A stretch of DNA of 48,212 bases, from positions 1 through 48,212 of the forward strand of contig NW_021834474.1 in assembly GCF_006345805.1 (NCBI RefSeq), given 5' to 3'. The position numbers and the translations under genes are program-made. Origin of the DNA: Octopus sinensis. Taxonomy: Eukaryota. This document shows positions 13,152 to 27,079 of the stretch, one piece after another (within the stretch, counting starts at the first letter, position 1; each line of letters begins with the position of its first letter). The notes beneath the pieces are model-generated. The model had not been told where the DNA came from, made no database searches, and saw nothing but the letters and a program-made list of their open reading frames with translations.

Positions 13152-13359
13152 GATAGGTTTCAAATATTGACACAAGCCTAGCAAGTTCGAGGAAGGGGTA
13201 AGTTGATTACATTGACCCTGGTGCTCAACTGGTACTTATTTATCGACCCTGAAAGGATGAAAGGCAAGTCGACCACGGTAGAATTTGAACTCAGAACGTA
13301 AAGACAGACCAAATGCTACTAAGCATTTTGACCGGTGTGCAAACGATTCTGCCAGCTCG

Positions 13360-13363
<4 letters not shown>
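13152..13363 (-). mobile_element. SINE family C, inside (TA)n
   Basis: Reverse-complement family match. Confidence 0.8.
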
Positions 13364-13419
<56 letters not shown>

Positions 13420-13504
13420 TAACAACAGATGAATGAATGAGACCTCTCTATTTATGTAAATAGAGGAATTTGTAATATAATATGTGGCAATTATTCGGTT
13501 GCCA

Positions 13505-13567
13505 TAATAAAACTCCGAGTTTCGGATGTCGGGGCGGAAATCTGCTCCGGCATCTTGTCAGTTATTA
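13505..13567 (-). ncRNA. Hammerhead ribozyme relic with a core G8-to-A change (HHR-5), probably inactive
   Basis: On the minus strand: stem I UAAUAA/UUAUUA, core CUGACAA instead of CUGACGA, GC-rich stem II with A.C mismatches, then GAAACUCGGAGUU. Confidence 0.6.
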
Positions 13568-13910
13568 AGACAAACAAAAATGTTATGAAAATGACCGTTA
13601 TTAAGAAAAGCTAAAGAGATATTAGAATGACCCTTAAATAAAGAGAAAAAAACCGAAAGAGGGGAAGGTAAAAAACACTCATAGAATTTGCGCATGCGCA
13701 CAGGTACATGCAAACACATGCGCACACGCACACCCACGTACATCTACCCACATGCTTATGCTCACACGAGTGTGAGTGAGCATATGCATATAGGAGTTTT
13801 ATTGATGAGGCGCATCTCTTTGCGTCCGGTGGAATGGTACTGTATGTAGCTAGTACAGATTTTGTTTTTACTTGATTACAGTGAGAAAGTATGAAAGATA
13901 CAGTCAGTAT

Positions 13911-14294
13911 GTGGAGACGCAATGGCCCAGTGGTTAGGGCAGCGGACTCGCGGTCGTAGGATCGCGGTTTCGATTCCCAGACCGGGCATTGTGAGTGTTT
14001 ATTGAGCGAAAACACCTAAAGCTCCACTAGGCTCCGGCAGGGAATGGTGGTGATCCCTGCTGTATTCTTCCACTACAACTTTCTCTCACTCTTACTTCCT
14101 GTTTCTGTTGTACCTGTATTTCAAAGGGCCGGCCTTGTCACTCTCTGTGTCACGCTGAATATCCCCGAAAACTACGTTAAGGGTGCACATGTCTGTGGAG
14201 TGCTCAACCACTTACACGTTAATTTCACGAGCAGGCTGTTCCGTTGATCGTATCAACCGGAACCCTCGTCGTCGTAACCGACGGAGTGCTCCTA
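13911..14294 (+). mobile_element. SINE family A, full length
   Basis: Family match. TSD acagtcagtat at 13900-13910 and 14295-14305. Confidence 0.9.
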
Positions 14295-14694
14295 ACAGTC
14301 AGTATTTTCTGTAAGAATTGAACTCAGGAGAGTCAGTAGGGAGTTTTTTTTTATCTTTTATCTTTTACTTGTTTCACTCGTTAGATTGCGGCCATGCTGA
14401 GGCACCACCTTGAGGAATTTTAGTCGAACGAATCGACTCCTTTTCTTGTTCTTATTGTGCATTTATACCGGCTGTGATTGAAAAAAATCTACGCTCAAAC
14501 AATTTCCAACCATGACTGTGCAGTCTTTTTCTATAACTAGGGCCATATAAACCCATGTGTCTTTCTTTTTACAAAATCGTATGGAGTGGTTTGAGAGAAA
14601 TTTGGCTGCTATTTCTTGTAGCTCGGACGTTGACTTAAATGTCCTTTCTTTGGCTCGTTTTCACGATGTTAATGACACAGCAATGGAATATAAA

Positions 14695-14806
14695 CATACA
14701 TACATACATACATACATACATACATACATACATACATACATACATACATACATACACACATACACACATACATACATACATACATACATACATACATACA
14801 TACAAT

Positions 14807-14840
<34 letters not shown>

Positions 14841-15032
14841 TATATACATACACACATACATACACACATACATACATACATACATACAATCATACATACA
14901 TACAATCATACATACATACATACATACATACATACATACATACATACATACACATATGCATACACACATACATACATACATACATACATGCATACATACA
15001 TACATACATACATACATACACACATACATACA

Positions 15033-15068
<36 letters not shown>

Positions 15069-15150
15069 TATACATACATACATACATACATACTTATATA
15101 CATACATACATACATGCATACATACATACATACATACATACATACATACA
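14695..15150. repeat. (TACA)n microsatellite
   Basis: Direct inspection. Confidence 0.95.
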
Positions 15151-16063
15151 GAGACATATATACAGACGTGTAATCTTATCACAAACACACCTACTCATAA
15201 TATTTACACATTCGCAAGTATACACAACACACACGCACACACACACATGCACACACACACACTGACACACACACACTGACACACACACACACACACACAC
15301 ACACTCGGGATTGGAAAACAAAAAGCACGTTTCATTAAATGGGACACGAGATATTGTAAAGTTGATATGGGAAGTATATTCCTGCCTGCTTTGGCAACTG
15401 CTATTACCCCGACGACTACAACTGTTCTCTTTTGACTATGTACCGAACATATTCTGTAACAGCAGGAGCTGTATCTTTTTAATTAGAAGCAGAAAACACG
15501 ATATATACATACACACACATATATATATATATATTATATATATATATGTATATACAAATTGAGATAGGGGTTGTAAATGCAGCCCTCCATGGGATAACAT
15601 ATATCCAATATACTGCTAGTGAAGTACCCAACAAAGTTAATACATAAATGTTAAGAATTGCGATGCAATTAATTCATTTACTGTATTATATGGGCAAAGG
15701 TAAAGTTTCTTATGTGGTGGTTTAATAAAGTATGTGATTGGGTATTATCTGGTAATCGATATTTGATTTAGATGTATTTCTCCATTTTCTTATTTTGTAT
15801 ATATATATCTTATTTTTCCTTCTTATTTTTCAATTTGCTTGAATGATAGTTTATGAAAAATAGAAGTGTAATGTAAGTGAAATTAAGCTTCAATCAAGAA
15901 TGGAAACTCTTTTCGTATTCGACACGGTTGCTACCTTATCTATTATTCTGCAGAACTTCTCACAAAATAAGTAAATAAATAAACAAACAAAAAATAAATC
16001 CTGGATACCATAAAGTATCTAGATAAATTCGCTGGGTTTCAGCAGTAATTACATACGTACATA

Positions 16064-16443
16064 CAGGCGCAGGAGTGGCTGTGTGGTAAGTAGCTTGCTA
16101 ACCAACCACATGGTTCCGGGTTCAGTCCCACTGCGTGGCATCTTGGGCAAGTGTCTTCTGCTATAGCCCCGGGCCGACCAAAGCCTTATGAGTGGATTTG
16201 GTAGACGGAAACTGAAAGAAGCCTGTCGTATATATGTATATATATATATATATGTGTGTTTGTGTGTCTGTGTTTGTCCCCCAAGCATTGCTTGACAACC
16301 GATGCTGGTGTGTTTACGTCGCCGTCACTTAGCGGTTCGGCAAAAGAGACCGATAGAATAAGTACTGGGCTTACAAAGAATAAGGCGGTGCTCCAGCATG
16401 GCCGCAGTCAACTGACTGAAACAAGTAAAAGGGTAAAAGAGAG
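16064..16443 (+). mobile_element. SINE family B with an internal deletion in the 3' half
   Basis: Family match. The gtcccggggtcg...cgactaaa segment is missing. Confidence 0.88.
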
Positions 16444-16664
16444 TATACATACATACATGCATACATATATGCATATGTACCCACACACACTCGCACACAT
16501 ACACACGCATATTTATGTTGTGCACTTTAGCTGTGTACCTGTATAGGAGAAGCTTTCTCATGACGATCACGGAAGTCTTATGGCTTTCGATGAGACATTC
16601 ACGTTAAGTAATATATACATGATGCTATTCTGAACCAATACTACTTCTATCGTTAATAACACTT

Positions 16665-16860
16665 GATCATGGGTTCGATTCCCGGCCTGAGCGGTGCGTT
16701 GTGTTGTTGATCAAAACACTTCATTTCACGTTGCTCCAGTCCACTCCGCTGTAACTGGGGTCACCCTGCAGCGGATCAACATTCCGATCAAGGGTGGCAT
16801 CATTCGAAAGCTAAAGCGATGCAAAGCGCTTTGTGACCAACGATGTACAAGAGTCGATAG
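16665..16860 (+). mobile_element. Partial SINE with D-type head and body and a third, different 3' sequence
   Basis: gggttcgattccc B-box and catttcacgttgctccagtccac body. The sequence then diverges from both the A and F tails. Confidence 0.55.
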
Positions 16861-16865
16861 TCTGA

Positions 16866-16943
<78 letters not shown>

Positions 16944-16984
16944 CTATCTATCTATCTACTCCATCACAACCCAAGCATTCTATA

Positions 16985-17247
16985 GGGGATTAGTGGACGT
17001 CGACGAGGAATACCTGACCCGCCTGTTCGGGACGACTTTCGAGCCAGGGCCCATGGACAACTTCCAGAGATCCCTGGCTTGGCAGTGCTACCGAGAAGCG
17101 CTACCCGTTCGGGATAAGCTCTACAGACACGGCTCGAGAAACACGGGGCCGACCTGCCCGAGATGCGGTCAGAGCGACGAAACCGTTCTGCACGCACTCG
17201 TGCAGTGTCCAACAATTTCCGACCTGTGGGCTTATGTCGAACGGGAC
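16985..17247 (+). mobile_element. L1/Tx1-type LINE ORF2 fragment (zf-RVT zinc-binding region)
   Basis: WQCYREALPVRDKLYRHG...CPRCGQSDETVLHALVQCP, a CxxC...ETxxHxxxxC motif, in a GC-rich island. Confidence 0.8.
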
Positions 17248-18200
17248 GAGTCGGTTTATCAGTAATAATTTCTGAATTAGGCACATTATCTCAAAATTAT
17301 AGGGAAAGGTAAAAGGAGGTTATGTAACGTTTAAGCTTTCCTCAAGGGGAATAGTAACGCTTGCGGTATTTAATTACATCTCTTCTTGTTCTGATTTCGA
17401 ATCCTTCCAAAGACAATTTGGCCTTATTATCTTTCTAGGATCAACAAAATACGAAGTAATTATGAATAAAGGTAATTATCTTTTACATGTTTAAGTCAAT
17501 GGGCTGCGGCCATGCTGGGCAGGGGCAACACTTTGAAAGGTTTTAAGTGAACAAATCGACCCTAGGATTTATTTGTTTAAAGTCTGGCACTTAAAAAAAA
17601 AATGAAGAAATGAGAAAAGAAATGGAAAAGATCTCTTGTACTGAACCGCAGAAGCTACGGGGACGTAAACAAACCAACGTAAACAAGCAGTGTGTGTGTG
17701 TGAGGGGGGTTAAGTATAGATATAGAGATGACACACACAAACACTCACACAAACATGTACGACAAATTTCCATACATTTTCCATCTATCAAACCCACTCA
17801 CCAGGCTATAGTAGAAGATACCTATCTAAGGTGCCGCGCTATAGGAAAGAACCTAAAACCAAGTGGAAACAAAGCGAGCTTCTTAACCATACAGCCATGC
17901 CTACACCAATATTAATTAGCAACACATGTTGAAGTGAAATGGCTTCAATTAGGGAGTAATACTGAATGACTATACATCATGAGTCAATGATCAACTCTCT
18001 ACGCGCTCACTTGGCCTGGCAAACGTCTCTCAAACTACACTTTATACTTTGAAATAAAGGACATATTGGATAACATGATCCTAGGTACATTATGCATGAA
18101 AAATACACATACATGACTGCAACACCTCTGAGGATAAGCCTATTTCATCATGTCATGTTTGGGGCTACACAACAACAGTAACTACAATGGAATCAAAAAC

Positions 18201-18483
18201 GGCGATCTTTCGTCTCTAGTAGACCTTTCCGTCGATTTCCGTAAAAACTAAAAAAAATTTTTTTATTTAATCGTTATACATGCCTTGTCGACTGCTACAT
18301 ACACACACACACACATACATGCATACATACATATACACATACATGCATACACACGCACGCACTACAAAAACCGAGTAAAAAATTTCAGTTATCTCTCTCT
18401 TTCAAACATTACTCTGTCTCTTCACACACACTAACAGAAGCACTTCACTTACACAACATACTGTCTGTCTCCCACACCCCATC

Positions 18484-18523
<40 letters not shown>

Positions 18524-18614
18524 CATCAATGCTCCCATGCACGGTAACTTCAAAAGAAAAAAAAATTTTTTTACGGAAATCGACGGAAAGGTCTACTAGA
18601 GACGAAAGATCGCC
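18201..18614. mobile_element. MITE with perfect 47-bp TIRs and an 8-bp TSD (Merlin- or MULE-like)
   Basis: TIR ggcgatctttcgtctctagtagacctttccgtcgatttccgtaaaaa at 18201-18247 and inverted at 18568-18614. TSD tcaaaaac at 18193-18200 and 18615-18622. Confidence 0.9.
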
Positions 18615-18689
18615 TCAAAAACCCTAACAACATCGACGGTGATGATGTCGGCGTTTTGCATTATATTGTCGTTCAATATTAACGAAAAC

Positions 18690-19110
18690 AAAGGCGGCGA
18701 GCTGGCAAATTGTTAGTACACCGGACAAAATGCTTGGCGGCATTTCATTCGTCCTTACATGCTGAGTTCAAATTCCGCCGAGGTCGACTTTGCCGGTCAC
18801 ACTTCGGGGGTCGATAAAATAAGAACCAGTTAAGTGTACAGAGATCGATGTAATCGATTTATCTTTCACCATAATTCGAAAGAAATGTTAACAAAAACTA
18901 GGCCGTGAGATAGCAGAAACATTAACGTGCCGGACTAAAATGCTTAGTGGCATTTCTTCCGGATCTTTACTTTCTGAGTTGAAATTCCGCCGGGGTTGAC
19001 TTTGTTTTTCTTTCGGGTCGATAAGATAAGTACCAGTTGAGCACTGGGATCGATATAATCGACTTGCTCCTTCCCACCAAAATTGCAGGCTTTGTGCCTA
19101 TAGTAGAAAG
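18690..19110 (+). mobile_element. Two tandem family-C SINEs
   Basis: Family match at about 18690-18880 and 18900-19110. Confidence 0.78.
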
Positions 19111-20463
19111 AATATTAGCAAAACACATGGGCGGTAAATTGGCGGAATCCTTAGACCTATTTCTTTACTACCCACAAGGGGCTAAACACAGAGGGACCGT
19201 CAGACCATCAGACAAAATCCTTAGACCGTCAGACAAAATGCTTTGTGGTATTTAAGTACAACTCTTTACCTTCCTTCTCCAAATCCTGTGGTCCCATCAT
19301 TGATGTCAAGTTATAAGCCACTCTTCTGATAACCTTCTCATTCATCCCTCAAGTTCCCTATTCTATATTCATTGCCTTCTCAAATAGAAGCCCTCTCCCT
19401 ACTCCGTACGTTATATCAACTGAATATACTCATGCCAAAACTTGAATCAAACTTTCGATATCCAAAATATTTGGGGACTATTTACGTAGATTATGTTTAT
19501 TTTAATACATACAGCAAAACTTCCCGAAACTAGAAACCCTTAATTATGTATTGCCCTAGATTTAATTAGACTTCCAATGAGAGCAATTAAGCAATACACA
19601 TTTGTTATAATAGAAACAACTAAAGCACCTAGAAAGCAAAAATCCTTTAACAAATTCATCCCTACGAGAATGAAGAACAACTGAGATCAATAAGACCACA
19701 AGATATTAAAGATTAACAACGACAAGCATATCAAACATATTTCCATCATCAGCTACCAAACGGATTTCACTATGGTTTCGACACCTGGATAGTACCGTTC
19801 AACAGCGGTATCAACAGCGTTAAAAACATAAACGCTGCTTGGGGATTAATAAACAAGTAGCAGGAGCGAAACATTTGCTGATGCCTCCATTACGTCTAGC
19901 GGATATAAGATGATCATCTATTCTCAATGATTTAATTTTACCTTTTTGTGCTTCTGGAGTCAATAACATAATTAATCAAATATTGGGTTCGATCTTATCG
20001 ACTAAACTCACCCATTCCAATCTGCCTAAGTTAGAAATCAATATTAACGGAAATGAAGGGAGATCGACTGGCAGCGCTACAGTACTGGACTAAATGTTTA
20101 GTTTTCATCTCTCAGCTACCTAGGTTCAAATTTTGCCTTAGTTCAATTTTACTCTCACCTCTACGGTTTCAAAAAGTGAGTACCAGTAATATACTGAGCA
20201 CTGTTCATTTGGCTGGACACTGCCACTTAAACTTTGTGACCTTGTATCAGCAAACAATATTGCAATAATGTAAGAAAGCAACATTAGAAGGACCAGAAAG
20301 TGTTAAGAAAAGATAGTATCAATCGAATCCACCTTGGTAGATCATTGGTATTATTTTATTGTTTTATTGAACGTGGAAAGATGGAAAGCAAAGGCAAAAT
20401 CCCGAGAGATTTGAACTCAGAACATAGGGCTTAACACTTCAGAACATTTTGCCCGGTACTCTA

Positions 20464-20721
20464 CCACAGAGCGTCGGCTGCGGGGTCATTCCGAAAAGCT
20501 CTACCTGCGACGATTTCATCTCAATCGAAGGAGAGGAGCTTTCTCCGTCCGGGTTGCGGATCCGTGGAACAAGCTGCCAGACGAGATGGTGAAGATGCCG
20601 ACGACCGCTTTGTTCAAAGCCTCCCTTGACCTCAAGTGGCCTGAACTCTTTACATGAACACCACCCTGTACTTAACTCCATGTCCCCCTACATGGCCTTG
20701 CTATTTGCTTTTGAGCCAAAT

Positions 20722-20774
<53 letters not shown>

Positions 20775-20777
20775 CTA
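20464..20777 (+). mobile_element. CR1-clade LINE 3' end with an (AACT)n tail
   Basis: Encodes LRGHSEKLYLRRFHLNRRRGAFSVRVADPWNKLPDEMVKMPTTALFKASLDLKWPELFT*, matching the CR1 ORF2 C-terminal RGHxxKL...RVxxxWNxLP...FKxxLD pattern. Short 3' UTR and tandem tail. Confidence 0.88.
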
Positions 20778-21006
20778 ATACTCACCAGCTGTAATAAATT
20801 TATCTTCGTTTAGCGTAAGGCAGCACAGTTTCGAGGAAGAGTGTGGTTTTGAAATGGGAGGGCATAATCGATTAAGTCACTCAAACGGTCCCACTCCCTC
20901 CAATAAATAAATAAATATAAACAAAAAGAAAATAATTATAATTTCTAAGAAAGTCACAACTTCGTGGCGAATGAGTAGCGAAGGAAATTAATTCCAGTAT
21001 TTGAAT

Positions 21007-21353
21007 GTAAAGGGGGTAAAGACCCCCTTCGGTCATGAATGACCATGGGATTGCACCTAGAAAGTTACCCTCCTAGACACAAGTCCGGGGAAGGTTGTTT
21101 ATGGAAGACCAGCAGTCGCCCATGCATACCAGCCTCCCCTCTCCACAACACCAGTGTTATCCAAGGGAAAGACAAAGGTCGATACAGCTTGGCACCTGTG
21201 ACGTCGCAACTCATTTCTACAGCTGAGTGAACTGGAGCAATGTGAAATAAAGTGCCTTGCTCAAGAACACAACACGCAGCCCGGTCCGGGATTCGAGCTC
21301 ACAACCTCACGATCGTAAGCTCGACGCTCTAACCACTGAGCCATGCGCCTTCA
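21007..21353 (-). mobile_element. SINE family F: D-type head and CORE-like body with a different 3' tail
   Basis: On the minus strand, head gaaggcgcatggctcagtgg, body ttcttgagcaaggcactt and tail ccatggtcattcatgaccgaagggggtctttacc. Confidence 0.8.
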
Positions 21354-21859
21354 ACAAACCACAGAATGATGATAAAAAAAGTTGACTGGGTGAGATCGAC
21401 AGTGACGTAACTAAATACCGTAAATGTATGTGATATGCTGTTCTACTGGATTTGCCAACCTAGCACCCTGAAGACGAATAAAAATAATGGAACTTATAGT
21501 AGCTATAACCAGTTGCTGATAAATTACAGTGCATTATGATATTTGTATTAGTTGTCTTAAGTGCACAGGCAGCTAAAAGAGAAAAATATTACGTTATCTA
21601 CAATAAGGTTTTCGCTCTGGATTCTATAACATCTATTTCTCGCCATCTCAAATATCCTTGATGTTGACTTTTGATGTTTTCTCAATATAAAACAACAACC
21701 AGAAGTAACTGTCTCCTTCTGACAATTCAACCTGTAGATTTAGGTGAAATGCTGCTAAAAATACGCGTTGCACTTCCAATACACTCCAGCTTCTGCTTCT
21801 CACTAACAAGTTAAACGAGAGAATCATTATGTGGCCATTCACTCAGCTAAAGATAACAA

Positions 21860-21917
21860 CCCGACCAATGCCTAGTGAGTGGATTTGGTAGACGGAAACT
21901 GAAAGAAGCCTGTCGTA

Positions 21918-21990
<73 letters not shown>

Positions 21991-22208
21991 TTGTGTGTCT
22001 GTGTTTGTTCCCCTAGCATTGCTTGACAACTGATGCTGTTCCCAATGTGTTTACGTCCCCGTCACTTAGCGGCTCGGCAAAAGAGACCGATAGAATAAGT
22101 ACTGGGCTTACAAAAAGAATAAGTCCCGGGGTCGATTTGCTCGACTAAAGGCGGTGCTCCAGCATGGCCGCAGTCAAATGACTGAAACAAGTAAAAGAGT
22201 AAAAGAGT
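21860..22208 (+). mobile_element. SINE family B, 5'-truncated
   Basis: Family match from ccgaccaatgcc onward. Confidence 0.85.
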
Positions 22209-22676
22209 AACCCAATCTCCTCAAATCACATCCTATCTTCTTAAAAGAAGAAGAATGTAGACGATGATATGGAAAAAGACGGGATGGTCACAATAACATC
22301 ATAAAATGCTATTAATCAGTCTCTGCTGACCATTATTAGAATTGAGTGACTCTTCATTGTGATCTAGTCACTTCAGATGTGGTATGTAGGCTATTACTAG
22401 TTCTTATATTCCAAGCAACACCGCAATCTTATCAATTACGTAAAGTTATTAGGAAGCCTTATGTTAAGCCCTTCCTCATTCACCCCTTAAGATATTCATC
22501 CTAAATCTAAGTCTGTTGTCATCTCAAATAGAAGCTTCTCCCTGATCAGGCCATCATATCAACTAAATACATTCTAGTTATATCTTCAACATGATCTTCT
22601 ATATTTAAAACATTTGTGGTTCACTTACATTCCGTTTGTTCTATTATATATTCTATGGACTACTAATCATATAAAT

Positions 22677-23063
22677 TGTGGAGGCGCAATGGCCCAGTGG
22701 TTAGGGCAGCGGACTCGCGGTCGTAGGATCGCGGTTTCGATTCCCAGACCGGGCGTTGTGAGTGTTTATTGAGCGAAAACACCTAAAAGCTCCACGAGGC
22801 TCCGGCAGGGGATGATGGTGATCCCTGCTGTACTCTTTCACCACAACTTTCTCTCACTCTTACTTCCTGTTTCTGTTGTACTTGCATTTCAAAGGGCCGG
22901 CCTTGTCACTCTCTGTGTCACGTTGAATATCCCCGAGAACTACGTTAAGGGTACACGTGTCTGTGGAGTGCTCAGCCACTTACACGTTAATTTCACGAGC
23001 AGGCTGTTCCGTTGATCGGATCAACCGGAACCCTCATCGTCGTAACCGACGGAGTGCTTCCAC
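22677..23063 (+). mobile_element. SINE family A, full length
   Basis: Family match. TSD aatcatataaat at 22665-22676 and 23064-23075. Confidence 0.9.
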
Positions 23064-24550
23064 AATCATATAAATCAGGAATATCATTCATTCTCATTAA
23101 TTTAATCTTAAGAATGGAGTCACAAAATTACAGGGTAGCGACGTGAAAACCATTCTCAATGATATTTTATTAGTGACGTAACGAAAGCAATATTGTTATA
23201 TCTAGGAATCGAGTCGGCGTCGCAAACTTTTTCAGTGCTTACTGAATCCCATCGTTATTAAAAGGAACATCTTGAAAGTTCTCCAACTTCTAGATGTTTT
23301 TCCTGAAAATAACTACCCAAAGGGTCTTTTGGTTTAAACAGAACTTTACTTTGAGATAGTCATATTTGATTAGCTTTCAGTTTGGTATTTCTTAGGTTCA
23401 CATTTCTATGGTTGACTTCTCTTAGTTTTCGTTATCTACTTTACAGCAAAAACCAGGGCTGCGAATTGGCTGAAATGCTAAAGTCCTCAGACTAAATGAC
23501 TTTTACTCTAGAATCAACTGGCGTGATCGACTTTGCCACTCATTCTTCCTAGGTTGATGCCTTTCATTGGACGTCGATGCAATTGACTATATCCTTCTCT
23601 GACACAGCAAACTTTGGTCTTGCGACTTAGTACAAGAATCAATATAGTATTAAACCTCATACATTATGACAAACCTCAAAATAGGGAACGTTTCTATCAT
23701 GTAAAATTGATACCGTCATGCACTTATCCACCCACTCCCTCCCTCTCGCCTCCTCTTATGATTTATGCCTGGTGTCCTTATACAGAGATTGCGGAAAGTG
23801 GAATAAAGTAGATCAAGAAGAGCCTACTCGGATATTGCTTATGTTACTTCCTGGCCAGTAACTGTTCGCATACCAAATATGACAATACTGGATAGTGGGA
23901 AGAAAGAATAACTACATTCTAAGTAAGGAAATAAAATAAAACCATCGACTCTTCACAGTTGTTCAATTGCATCGACCCATATAATGTGTTGGCAGAGATT
24001 CTTATGTATGACATTCTGATAATGATTACAGAGAACCAATTCAACACAGAAATATAAACAATCGGATGTTGTTTAAAGGAATAATCATAGCATTAAATAG
24101 TTGAGGGATAAATCTCAGCTTGGACAGAAGACCAGTATATCGCAAGTAATATGCCCGGAAGGCCTGCTGTCTGCTCCTTGTATTTGGGTAGACCAAAGCA
24201 GGTAGAATTAATTGCTCCTGCCGTATCATAACCACAGCTTGGGAGGAATACTCCAAGAATTAGGGTCATAGTAATAGCTAAATATCAGAATTAAGGTGAT
24301 TACAGTTATAACTACCTATTAAAAAACTGTATTAGATCAGGAAGGTGTTATATAATTCTTTTTTCTAAAGCACTAGATAGTTCTATAGGTCGGTCACTAT
24401 CGACTGACATCTGCGAATACAGGGGCTGATGCCTATCTTTGGGATCTACAAATCTAAACGAATGAAGGAAAACTTTATTTTGACAAGTACATGGCATATA
24501 GGGCCATCGTTTTATATCTGCTGTAGTCGTTGTCATGATGTACATCTGGA

Positions 24551-24918
24551 TGGAAGCACTCCGTCGGTTACGACGACGAGGGTTCCGGTTGATCCGAATC
24601 AACGGAACAGCCTGCTCGTGAAATTAACGTGTAAGTGGCTGAGCACTCCACAGACACTTGTACCCTTAACGTAGTTCTCGGAGATATTCAGCGTGACACA
24701 GAGAGTGACAAGGCCGGCCCTTTGAAATACAGGTACAACAGAAACAGGAAGTAAGAGTGAGAGAAAGTTGTGGTGAAAGAGTACAGCAGGGATCACTACC
24801 ATCCCCTGCCGGAGCCTCGTGGAGCTTTAGGTGTTTTCGCTCAATAAACACTCACAACACCCGGTCTGGGAATCGAAACCACGATCCTATGACCGCGAGT
24901 CCGCTGTCCTAACCACTG
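24551..24918 (-). mobile_element. SINE family A, slightly 5'-truncated
   Basis: Reverse-complement family match. Confidence 0.88.
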
Positions 24919-25249
24919 TTTGCATTCTGTGTTCGAGATCAAGACAATTGTTTCATAGTGGTTTATTCCACTTAGTTCTAATTATAGACCAAACTGGAAA
25001 TAGTGGCACCACTGTAACATTATTGAGCTTCAAATCTTCCTATAGGTAAAGCTACACGCGACATGGCATAGTATCTAGGAATAAATTTACTCCAGTTGTA
25101 CAAACTTGGAAAAAGGGCTAACATTCCTCCCACCCTATAACCACAACAGCCATCCGACTAATTGACATGAAATCCCTCCCCAACACACATCAACTTCTGA
25201 TTACAGAACATTTGTGGTCTAGACAGCTTGCCTGGACTATAAATGTGCT

Positions 25250-25566
25250 TTGTCTACTCGTTGTTACTCGGAGAGTGCTGATAAGTACTTAGACACTCCT
25301 CTTTCACTTGTCTCTCCTCGTCATCCATATTGTGTACTCTTACACCCACCGTGTACTCTTACTAAGCACTTAACCCAGTCTTTCTTCTCCGGACCGTCAT
25401 TCCTCTGGAATTCTCTTTCTGCTTATGTTTTTTGCTTTTAGAGTCGTTGACCAGTAACTATTTAAGAGAATGATTGACTGAGTTGGTCTCAGCAGTCTTG
25501 AAGGCCTGCGAATGCCATGGTTACAACCCCCTCCTCCAGACTAAACCAATACAAAAAAAAAAAAAA
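25250..25566 (+). mobile_element. Decayed L2/CR1-like LINE 3' end with a poly(A) tail
   Basis: SFFSGPSFLWNSLSAYVF resembles the SFFxRxxxLWNSLP motif. A-rich tail at about 25553-25566. Confidence 0.45.
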
Positions 25567-25603
25567 GATCGTGGAATTCCACCTAGGAAAACTATGTAAG
25601 TCA

Positions 25604-25995
25604 TGGATAAAATGGAAGCACTCCGTTGGTTACGACGATGAGGGTTCCGGTTGATCCGAATCAACGGAACAGCCTGCTCGTGAAATTAACGTGTAAGTGG
25701 CTGAGCACTCCACAGACACGTGTACCCTTAACGTAGTTCTCGGGGATATTCAGCGTGACACAGAGAGTGACAAGGCCGGCCCTTTGAAATACAGGTACAA
25801 CAGAAACAGGAAGTAAGAGTGAGAGAAAGTTGTGGCGAAAGAGTACAGCAGGGATCACCACCATCCCCTGCCGGAGCCTCGTGGAGCTTTAGGTGTTTTC
25901 GCTCAATAAATACTCGCAACGCCCAGTCTGGGAATCGAAACCGCGATCCTATGACCGCGAGTTCGCTGCCCTAACCACTGGGCTATTGCGCCTCC
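25604..25995 (-). mobile_element. SINE family A, full length
   Basis: Reverse-complement family match. TSD actatgtaagtca at 25591-25603 and 25996-26008. Confidence 0.9.
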
Positions 25996-26680
25996 ACTAT
26001 GTAAGTCACACTGCTTACATCAGTCAACACTGGGCATAGTTACGGTTAGTTGTGAACCAGTTGAGTGCTAGAAATATACCAAAATATCTAATCATGGGCC
26101 TGCATACAATTACTTATTTTACTGTATTATGCTCACTAGCAAAGTTATATTGATTCAGTCAGACACGTACACAATCTCAAATTTATAAGAGTTGGGCAAG
26201 AAGAACTTATGAGACGATTATTCCCTTAACAAGGAGTATAAATGATATAAATAAAGCGAAGTTGCTTTAACCGAGGAATCGCTACAATCACGTGTTCTTG
26301 TCTCGCTAGGGGCTTGTCTGTATTCGGTAGTACTGAAATGCTGACCCCATTGAACAGTATTGAATCGTTAGTTATAGAATTGGAATATGAGAAGGGTTCT
26401 CGGATTCTTGGGAGTTTAGCAATATTCTCACAACTCACCATAACCAAAAGGAGGATCCCCTACGCAATCGATTCACCCGTTAGAAATAGCAGCCAAATTT
26501 TCCTAGAATAACACCCTGATATCTTAAAAAAAGAAGAGAGGGTACTGGACAATATAGTTACAGATATACAGAATAAAGGAATTGTCACGACTGGAATGCT
26601 TTTGATCCTAGATGTGCTCGATCGAGACTAATCATTATTAACAACAATAAGAACTATTGACCTAGTGTTTTATATTATAA

Positions 26681-26978
26681 CTAGCAGTATCGCCCGGCGT
26701 TGCTCGGGTTTGTAAGGGAAATAACTATATAAGCATTTTTAGAGAGTTACTTCCCTTATATAATAGCCAAAAATGCATTAAAAATGGGAAAACATTATGG
26801 TAAATTTCTTTTTAAATCGTAGACTCGTCGTAGACACGCGCTAATACCCAGAAGGGCTCGATATGAATCACGACTATAAGATACCCGCTTTTGGTTAAAC
26901 TGCACCGCAAAATGTGGGAGTAGTTAGGAATCTAAATCCTAGGAGACAGACACACAACTTGACTTTTATATATAAAGA
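26681..26978 (-). mobile_element. Non-autonomous Helitron, copy 3
   Basis: On the minus strand A|TCtttatatataaaag ... cccgagcaacgccgggcgatactgCTAG|T, 298 bp. Confidence 0.85.
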
Positions 26979-27079
26979 TGATAATCTCTAATTGCACAGA
27001 TTCCTGACCCCAGATAAGTTTGAAATTGAAATCTGATCAATAAATTACTATTTTATCTACATGGACCTGTAATATTCGT

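Noticed and set aside
2357-25864. Recurrent 67-aa ORF MVVIPAVLFHHNFLSLLLP... in six copies
   Set aside because: It lies inside SINE family A. The identity reflects repeat copies, not a gene family.
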